A stretch of 32,000 bases of DNA. It comes from Candidatus Hadarchaeota archaeon (GTDB lineage: Archaea > Hadarchaeota > Hadarchaeia > Hadarchaeales > Hadarchaeaceae). This document shows, one piece after another, positions 26,049 through 32,000 of the stretch. Each line of letters starts with the position of its first letter. The stretch's first letter is position 1. The stretch lies in assembly GCA_964514965.1 (NCBI GenBank), contig CAZETV010000001.1:843063-875062 (forward strand), written 5' to 3'. Below the pieces are notes generated by a model, which was not told the DNA's origin, did not search any database, and worked only from the letters and a program-made list of their open reading frames with translations. Both the position numbers and the translations under genes were made by a program.

Positions 26049-27458
26049 TTAATGTTTCATAAGAGCTTTTTGGCAGCCCGGCGGTTTCCCGAAGAAATTC
26101 CCGTCATTGTAATAAGCTCTCAGACGGCAAATCTTTAAAGTGCAGGTGCTTGATAAAGAGCAGCTTTTACATTCATTTAGATTTTGTAATTCTATAGAAC
26201 CCCTAAAGAGTTTCCAGCTCTCGGATATCCAAATATCCTCAATGTTCTGTAGTCTTGCTGAGCCCATAGCAAATTTATCATCGTGAAAAGCGTACACACA
26301 TGGAAAAACGATTCCATCGGATCTGATTGCCATCCTTGTGGTGCCGGCTGTGCAAAAGATTTTGGAGTTCCCTTCTGTAGTATCTAGGTCCTTATATTCC
26401 GGTACAGACGGGTCTAGGTAACCAACATAAATACTATCGCCGTATTCACTAGTGAGCTGTTTAGCCGTGTGGGAAATATTGATAATTTCAGACGGCCCCA
26501 GTAAAAGATCATCTTGGTGTTTTGCCCTTCCGAGAGGATCTAGGAGTATAAAATTGATAGATTTTGCACCCAGTTCAATTGCAGTTTCAACGAGGTCTTT
26601 CAACTGATGGATATTTTTATTGTGAACCGTCGTTGATATATGAAAACATGCCCCAGCTTGAGAAAGAAACTTTAGACCTTTAATTACTTTATCAAAACAT
26701 TCCTGACCTCTCAGCATGTTATGTGTTTCGCTGTCAGCACCGTCTAGAGAAACAGTTGTTGAGAAATTGGGCGATGAGAGAATAACCGCAAGTGATTCAT
26801 CGATTAAAGTGCCGTTTGTCAATAATTCTATTCTTATCCTCTTTGAAGTTAAGTATTGTATTATGGTCTTTGCCTTAGGGTACACTAAGGGTTCACCGCC
26901 TGAGATTATAACTCGGAATGTCTCCAAACTTTCAAACTGATCAAATATCTTAAACCATGAGTCAGCTTCTAGTTGGTTAGATATTTTCTGACCCGCATCA
27001 TAGACGCAGTGTCGGCATTTTAGATTACAAGCGTTTGTAAAATGTACTTCAGCTTCATATGGTGTTGATGTGACTGGAACATCAGATTTGATAAAAGTTT
27101 GATGATGCTTGACGTGTGGTGAAAGAACTTTCTCAGATTTTGTTAAGATATTACTAGTAAGATCTTTTTTTAAAAGATTGATTATTTCTACAGCTTGTAG
27201 CTCGATGCCTTTCTCACGTAAATAATTACAAACTTGTTCAATCGTGAGAGAATTATTCTGCAACAATTTTAGTATTATGAAGAGTGTTCCACTGATTTTG
27301 TATTTGTCGCCGCTATCTATTTTAAAAGCCGAATAGTGTGTGTGGAAATTCGGGTCGCTTCTTACTATCCAACGATTGGACAAAGTGTAGCGTTCTCGGG
27401 GTGAGATGAAAAAGTCTTCTCCAGTCTCTACATCTTTGGGATGATTATTTCGCGTCAT
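26049..27458 (-). CDS. Radical SAM/SPASM peptide-maturase-like protein with N-terminal RRE/PqqD-like region
   Basis: 469 aa; cluster motif CNLKCRHC (CxxxCxxC), SGGEPL, SLDGADSETHNMLRG, C-terminal SPASM cysteines ECKSCSLSSTCTLKICRLRAYY...GC; about 135-residue N-terminal domain with PqqD-like appearance. Confidence 0.88.
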   Translation of the reverse strand: MTRNNHPKDVETGEDFFISPRERYTLSNRWIVRSDPNFHTHYSAFKIDSGDKYKISGTLFIILKLLQNNSLTIEQVCNYLREKGIELQAVEIINLLKKDLTSNILTKSEKVLSPHVKHHQTFIKSDVPVTSTPYEAEVHFTNACNLKCRHCVYDAGQKISNQLEADSWFKIFDQFESLETFRVIISGGEPLVYPKAKTIIQYLTSKRIRIELLTNGTLIDESLAVILSSPNFSTTVSLDGADSETHNMLRGQECFDKVIKGLKFLSQAGACFHISTTVHNKNIHQLKDLVETAIELGAKSINFILLDPLGRAKHQDDLLLGPSEIINISHTAKQLTSEYGDSIYVGYLDPSVPEYKDLDTTEGNSKIFCTAGTTRMAIRSDGIVFPCVYAFHDDKFAMGSARLQNIEDIWISESWKLFRGSIELQNLNECKSCSLSSTCTLKICRLRAYYNDGNFFGKPPGCQKALMKH

Positions 27459-27488
27459 GTTACTCTTTATTCATGGCGAATGCGCGGC

Positions 27489-27498
27489 ATATAAGTTT
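27489..27498 (-). promoter_or_regulatory. TATA-box-like element upstream of the radical SAM gene
   Basis: Minus strand AAACTTATAT about 30-40 nt upstream of the ATG at 27458. Confidence 0.5.
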
Positions 27499-27754
27499 AC
27501 AGAAATGTATTCGGTAAAAATCTCATTTTTCGCGCTGGGTTCAACCTACTATCCTTCTAATTATTTCTTTACTTTCCGTCGCTGCAGCACATGCTTGCTG
27601 AGCATAGCTTTTAGTTGGCGCAACATTCAGAGAGCGTAACCCGTTGCCCCTACCGCAAGCACGCTAACTCCGAGTTCGACTAAATTTATTCTTCAAAATA
27701 AGTTGTTTGCAAACTTTTAGTCCTAGTTGGCATGGCCGCGTTTAAAAACCAGTT

Positions 27755-28717
27755 TTACCCCTGCAAGAATGCACCTTGGAGGAAGGCGAGAAGACCGAAC
27801 ACTATCGCGACAAGAGTTATCTTTCTAAAAAGTGCAGTAGGGGGGCTTCTCTTCACTGTAAGAGTCGCGGCCGTGATGAGGAACAGGACATCGGCCACTC
27901 CAACGAGAGCGAGATAGACCATATTTCCATAGTAGGAGGTATCTTTCAGTAAAAAGAATGGAATGAGGCTCATGATAACGGCAATTATGTAAAAAACAGA
28001 GGCAACCCTATAGGCGTTTCGTTCGCCGATGTATATGGGAAACGACCGAACACCCTGCGCTCGGTCTCCGGCCATATCCATAACATCTTTCATTATCTCC
28101 CGCCCCACACCTGCAAAGAATGCAATAAATGTCAAAAGCCATATGATGGGTGGAAGGTTGGGGGAAACGGCGGCTGCGCCAAAGAGAAACGGTACCGCCA
28201 TTATATATGCAATGTAAAAGTTACCGATGGGTTTTATCTTCTTAATTTTTACGTCATACGCTATCGCAAACAAAGCCGTTATCAGTGCGATGAGAAAGCA
28301 CGGCAGATTGACGAGAAATGAAAAGATTATGCCGAGAGGGAACAGAAGGAAAAAGATGATGAGCGCGGTGTGTGGTTGGATATCCTCCCGAACTAGCGGT
28401 CTGTCTTTTCTCTTGTTCTTCTTATCAATCTCCAGATCAAAGTAATCATTTAGAGCAAAGGTGCTCGCCTCAAGAAACAATGCAGTGAGAAAAGAGAAAA
28501 TTAGTTTGAATGTATCGGGGAGGGCGCCACGATTTGTGATGAGAGAACCGATTAGAATAGCGATAAGAATCATGACTCCATGTTCAAGCCGCATTAAATC
28601 CCAGAGCGCTTTAAGGCGTTTCATGCGGAAAAGTATCAGTATTTTTCGATAATAAGGTTTTGATTTTGAGAGGTTGGGATGAAGGATTAAAGTGAGAAGT
28701 AGAAATAAAAGTCGCAT
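27755..28717 (-). CDS. UbiA family prenyltransferase, probably digeranylgeranylglyceryl phosphate synthase-like (start probably internal at MKRLKALWDLMRLEHG, about 28624)
   Basis: 320 aa; NDYFDLEIDKKNKRKDRPLVR first Asp motif, second motif GREIMKDVMDMAGDRAQGVRSFPI, multiple TM helices. Confidence 0.88.
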   Translation of the reverse strand: MRLLFLLLTLILHPNLSKSKPYYRKILILFRMKRLKALWDLMRLEHGVMILIAILIGSLITNRGALPDTFKLIFSFLTALFLEASTFALNDYFDLEIDKKNKRKDRPLVREDIQPHTALIIFFLLFPLGIIFSFLVNLPCFLIALITALFAIAYDVKIKKIKPIGNFYIAYIMAVPFLFGAAAVSPNLPPIIWLLTFIAFFAGVGREIMKDVMDMAGDRAQGVRSFPIYIGERNAYRVASVFYIIAVIMSLIPFFLLKDTSYYGNMVYLALVGVADVLFLITAATLTVKRSPPTALFRKITLVAIVFGLLAFLQGAFLQG

Positions 28718-28770
28718 TTTGTTGCTGCTGAACCTAAACCTCTATTTTTCGACCCCGTCCGGTCCACTAT

Positions 28771-29175
28771 CTACCTTTCCACGTACTTTTTCCAGCTCTG
28801 TCTTACGATCTGGACTCCAAGGACGATAAGAGAGATGCCCACAATGGTCAGAATTATCCCGTAAGCGGCTGTCCTCCAATCAACGGCGAGTTGGGTTCCG
28901 CTAGCCACGAGAATAATGATCCCGATGACTAAAATGCCAATATTAACGATTGGCTTACCGGGCCATACACGACTCCCCCCAGCAAAGACAAAAAGAGCGC
29001 CTGCCGCTAGGAGCCCTATCCCGACGATTAAAGTATTGGAAGTTCCTACGACATTCATCCCTTGGTTGATGAGAATAGCTCCAACAACGACCATAACTAT
29101 CCCAATCAGCATGACCGCAAATTGTTTTGGCGGCTCAGGAACAGGGGGCGGGACGTATGCAACTTTAGCCGACAT
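28771..29175 (-). CDS. Small multi-TM membrane protein of unknown function
   Basis: 134 aa with about four hydrophobic helices (FAVMLIGIVMVVVGAILINQG, TLIVGIGLLAAGALFVFAG, IVNIGILVIGIIILVASG, AYGIILTIVGISLIVLGV). Confidence 0.65.
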   Translation of the reverse strand: MSAKVAYVPPPVPEPPKQFAVMLIGIVMVVVGAILINQGMNVVGTSNTLIVGIGLLAAGALFVFAGGSRVWPGKPIVNIGILVIGIIILVASGTQLAVDWRTAAYGIILTIVGISLIVLGVQIVRQSWKKYVER

Positions 29176-29629
29176 AGCTGGGGCGCTCCTTGTCGGGCTT
29201 AGGTGGTTTGACTAGGCCCGGAAGCGGAATTGGCGGGGGGATGTTGAGCGAGCGGGAGAGCACCGTGGCCTCGACTAGTGATATGTTCGTTATGCTTTGG
29301 AGAAGCGCAGGAGGCGGAGAGCGCTGAGTTTTGTAATCTTTTTGAATTTTTTCAAGCTCCTCTGGTTTTCCAGATAAAATTGCCTGTCCTTTCAAGCTTA
29401 TCTGCGCTATCGATGGAGTGTAGCCGATCGTCACGACGAAGGGCGCCACCAGCTTTTCATCCTTGGGCTCGACGTTGACGATATTGACGTTGGTTGAGAC
29501 GCGCATTCCGGATGGAACAGGGTTGTCCCGCTCCCAAAAGCGCTCTGCGGAGATATAGTTGATACTCACGCTTATTTGCAAGTTTGACCACCGCTTGATG
29601 TTCGATGGCTTTCCTATTAAACCCAGCAT
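29165..29629 (-). CDS. Conserved archaeal protein of unknown function
   Basis: 154 aa, ISVSINYISAERFWERDNPVPSGMRVSTNVNIVNVEPKDEKLVAPFVVTIGYTPSIAQISLKGQAIL...LLQSITNISLVEATVLSRSLNIPPPIPLP; overlaps the start of 28771-29175. Confidence 0.65.
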   Translation of the reverse strand: MLGLIGKPSNIKRWSNLQISVSINYISAERFWERDNPVPSGMRVSTNVNIVNVEPKDEKLVAPFVVTIGYTPSIAQISLKGQAILSGKPEELEKIQKDYKTQRSPPPALLQSITNISLVEATVLSRSLNIPPPIPLPGLVKPPKPDKERPSYVG

Positions 29630-29716
29630 TCAATTGGAGCCTAAACCAAACCCCAGAGTTATAAAAAATATTCATCACGCACTTCGTATATTGGCCAGCG
29701 AGGCGCCAGAGTAAGC

Positions 29717-29724
29717 TTTTATTT
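29717..29724 (+). promoter_or_regulatory. TATA-box-like element for tRNA-Trp
   Basis: TTTTATTT about 24-31 nt upstream of the tRNA 5' end. Confidence 0.35.
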
Positions 29725-29747
29725 TCGGACGGGCGATGTTAGCTCGT

Positions 29748-29910
29748 GGGGTCGTAGTGTAACTTGGCTAGCACGGCAGGCTCCAGTGGCAATTGTGGGT
29801 CTGCTGACGAAAGGATGATGACCCATTGGAGCTGTGCTAGAGAGACCTGCAAACCCGGGAGAGGTTAAGTGAGGGCTTGGCCTCCGGGAATTCAAATCCT
29901 GGCGACCCCA
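29748..29910 (+). tRNA. tRNA-Trp (anticodon CCA, 29783-29785) with two introns: 58 nt at 37/38 (29787-29844) and 31 nt at 53/54 (29860-29890)
   Basis: Acceptor GGGGTCG/CGACCCC; D arm GTGT AACTTGGCTA GCAC; anticodon stem GCAGG/CCTGC; after splicing T arm CCGGG TTCAAAT CCTGG. Second intron has a strict BHB: CCCG/CGGG 4-bp helix, 3-nt bulges GGA and AAT, inner 9-bp hairpin GAGGTTAAG/CTTGGCCTC. Confidence 0.93.
29804..29821 (+). ncRNA. C'/D'-like kink-turn motif inside the tRNA-Trp 37/38 intron (possible box C/D guide RNA)
   Basis: CTGA (29804-29807) and ATGATGA (29815-29821) flanked by complementary GTGGGT (29795-29800)/ACCCAT (29821-29826); TTGGAGC (29826-29832) complementary to the anticodon region GCTCCAG. 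Canonical outer C and D boxes not found. Confidence 0.45.
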
Positions 29911-30154
29911 CCAATTTTTCAAACAAATACGAAAAATCCGTAATACCAGGCGGGTAGCCGCACCGACTACGTTGGAGGTGATTCGTCTTCGGCAAAAAGA
30001 TGTATTGCCTCAGTTTTAAGTTTTCGTCATTGTCTCAGCTACGCCGCCCGGTATTAGTGCGAGCCCGTATTAATGTCGATATGAGCTTCGACAGTTAATT
30101 ATGTGGTTTAGTATATAAAAAGTAATCTTTTTTGGTGATGAGAACCAATAGGAA

Positions 30155-31635
30155 ATGGGTGGTGAACTTATGGTGATGTTCTCCACACTTGGTATTTTGA
30201 AATCTGCTTTAGGTAACCCTATCTCTCGTGTAGTTCTTATCCGCTCCACTGCGCGATGTTCGAAATGCAACGATAGCAGGCTCAGAATAGCACTTGCTAG
30301 GTACGCGGGGGTTAATACCAAAGTCTGCCTGAGCTGTCGCATGTACAGCTTTGTAATTGGGAGTATAATCGACATCGGACGTGTACTGTTCCGAACCTCT
30401 AAGCGCGAGATGAGAAATTTTTTTAATAGTCAGACCACCCAGCGTGGGCTGGCGAGCATCGTGCGTGGAATAGCCGAGCACGGCATTACTCAGCCTCAGC
30501 AGCTGGGGCGCCTTTCCTTGTGGTTTGGGATTTCACTCATGCCTGTAACCTCAATTGCAAACACTGTTACCAGCGAGCCAATCGTCCGCTGCCCGATGAG
30601 CTCACCACCGACGAGGCCAAACGTTTAATCAAAGAACTTGCGGACGCAGATGTGGTAGCGTTAGCATTTTCTGGAGGTGAGCCGCTTATGCGCCGCGACT
30701 TTTACGAGCTGGCGGCGTATGCGCGGAGCCTCGGCCTCTACGTGGCTCTAGCGACAAACGGCACGCTCATAACGAAAGAGGTGGCGAAACGGCTCAAGAA
30801 GCTCGACATCTATGTAGAGATAAGTCTCGATGGTGCCAGTGCTGAGGTCCACGATGAATTTAGGGGGGTTCCGGGAATGTTTGACAGGACTATTAATGGA
30901 ATAAAAAACTGTGTCGAAGTAGGCATCTACACATGCATTGCCACTACAGCTACCAAGCTCAATTTAAAAGAGATGCAAGAGACGTATGAGCTAGCCTTAT
31001 CGCTTGGGTGTAAGCGTCAAATGATTTTTAACTTTATCCCAACTGGACGCGGAGCAGAAATGTTTAACCTCGACCTTTCTCCAGATGAGCGCGAGCAGTT
31101 GCTTGAGCAGAGCTATGCCAACCTAGTTAGTGGTAGGGGGTGTGATGTTTTGGGGACTGCCCCCCAGCTTGCCCGCATTGCCTTGGAGCATGCGGAAGGA
31201 GTCGAAGGGGGCCCTCTTGTATCCGCACATTTTGCGGCTCCGGCCGACCTCGGAGAACATACGAGGCTGCTTGCCGAATTCCTAGGTGGCTGCGGTGCTG
31301 GGCGCGTTTATTGTGCGATTGAGTCGAACGGTGATGTGCTGCCCTGCGTTTTCATGCCCATCAAAGTCGGCAACATCCGCGAGAAACCCTTCCTTAAGAT
31401 ATGGCGCACCTCACAAGTGTTGCGTGATCTGCGCGACCGGAGCAAGTTAAAAGGGCATTGTGGTGAGTGCGAGTATCGCTACGCTTGCGGTGGTTGCCGC
31501 GCTCGTGCTTATGGCTATTTTGAAGATTACAACATGCCGGACCCAGGGTGCGTTAACAACTTAAAATATTGGCAGAATTTCAAAGTAAAAGTTGAGGGTG
31601 AACAACAAGTTTCTGCTGAGACGAAAGCAGCATAG
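30155..31635 (+). pseudogene. Radical SAM/SPASM protein with N-terminal CxxC..CxxC region, interrupted by a 1-nt frameshift at the G-run 30505-30508 (pieces 30155-30628 and 30520-31635)
   Basis: First frame ...ARCSKCNDSRLRIALARYAGVNTKVCLSCRMYSF...GIAEHGITQPQQLG; second frame continues [30 protein letters not shown]...LAFSGGEPLMR...GHCGECEYRYACGGCRARAYGYF. One extra G joins them as [26 protein letters not shown]. Confidence 0.8.
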
Positions 31636-31821
31636 CTGGAATTGGGGTTTCGAAGTTTTAAAGCGCGAAGGTTTAGTTAACATTTTCTTTATTGGGGCAA
31701 GAAGTTTACCAATTAACACCCTCTCCTGTTTAAAAGGCGAATATCTGCTAGCTCAATGCCTTGATTAACCGCGAAAAGCAACCTTCTTAACCACACTCGG
31801 ATAATGTGGGAGGGGGACGGC

Positions 31822-32000
31822 ATGGAAGAAGCCGAAATCCCTGTTGTCGAGGCCCAGTTATTTAAAGGCAAGATAATTGTCTGGGATGAGGCACAGGCGA
31901 ACCAGCTCTATCAACGAGGCTCTTACGGCAAACCTCTGAGTGGGGGAAAGCTTCAGCTCGCGCAGGTTGAGGCTCTATTCCTACTAGAAGGCGGAAAAAT
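31822..32000 (+). CDS. endA: tRNA-intron endonuclease EndA, N-terminal part (truncated by window edge)
   Basis: Hand translation MEEAEIPVVEAQLFKGKIIVWDEAQANQLYQRGSYGKPLSGGKLQLAQVEALFLLEGGK.., typical EndA N-terminal domain. Confidence 0.85.
   Translation, partial: MEEAEIPVVEAQLFKGKIIVWDEAQANQLYQRGSYGKPLSGGKLQLAQVEALFLLEGGK

Noticed and set aside
29719-29922. 67-aa antisense ORF MKNWWGRQDLNSRRPSPHL...
   Set aside because: Lies antisense across tRNA-Trp; artefact typical of tRNA-overlapping ORFs.
30070-30481. Antisense ORFs 30070..30375 and 30209..30481
   Set aside because: Shadows of the N-terminal part of the frameshifted radical SAM gene.
1-32000. Defence islands, transposases, integrases, phage genes
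   Set aside because: No recognisable nuclease/toxin-antitoxin, transposase, integrase or structural phage genes were seen in any frame.

Overview
Archaeal chromosomal segment. Supporting signals are archaeal TATA-like boxes, archaeal-type families, intron-containing tRNAs and the start of an EndA-type tRNA splicing endonuclease. From left to right it contains: (1) a minus-strand Mrp/Mbh-type antiporter module (MnhE-F-G, DUF4040, MnhB-like, MnhB, MnhC, MnhD), truncated at the left edge; (2) two adjacent surface-protein genes, a Kelch-like secreted and anchored protein and a 1076-aa protein with a long Ala/Asn-rich helical repeat apparently inserted inside an Ig-like domain; (3) two-subunit fumarase, a DUF192 protein, a DacZ/DisA-like c-di-AMP synthase, an ATP-dependent DNA ligase, an archaeal RecJ/GAN-like DHH protein, an MtnA-like isomerase, a Nfu-like protein and an archaeal phosphoglycerate mutase; (4) an ABC-2 exporter module with an AbrB-like regulator, in which the regulator and the ATPase each carry one single-base frameshift; (5) a methyltransferase, an HtrA-like protease, TspO, a UbiA prenyltransferase and small unknown genes; (6) a compact two-gene radical-SAM/SPASM plus 63-aa peptide ending ...GLVVCCCG cassette, the best candidate for an undescribed RiPP-like system; (7) a second radical-SAM/SPASM gene interrupted by one frameshift; (8) three tRNAs, Arg-TCG, Arg-CCG and Trp-CCA, carrying four introns in total. 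Two introns are non-canonical (D-loop and the T-stem/T-loop junction), and the 37/38 intron of tRNA-Trp has C'/D'-like motifs. No rRNA, CRISPR array or transposase was recognised. All family names come from recognising sequence motifs; no database search was run.
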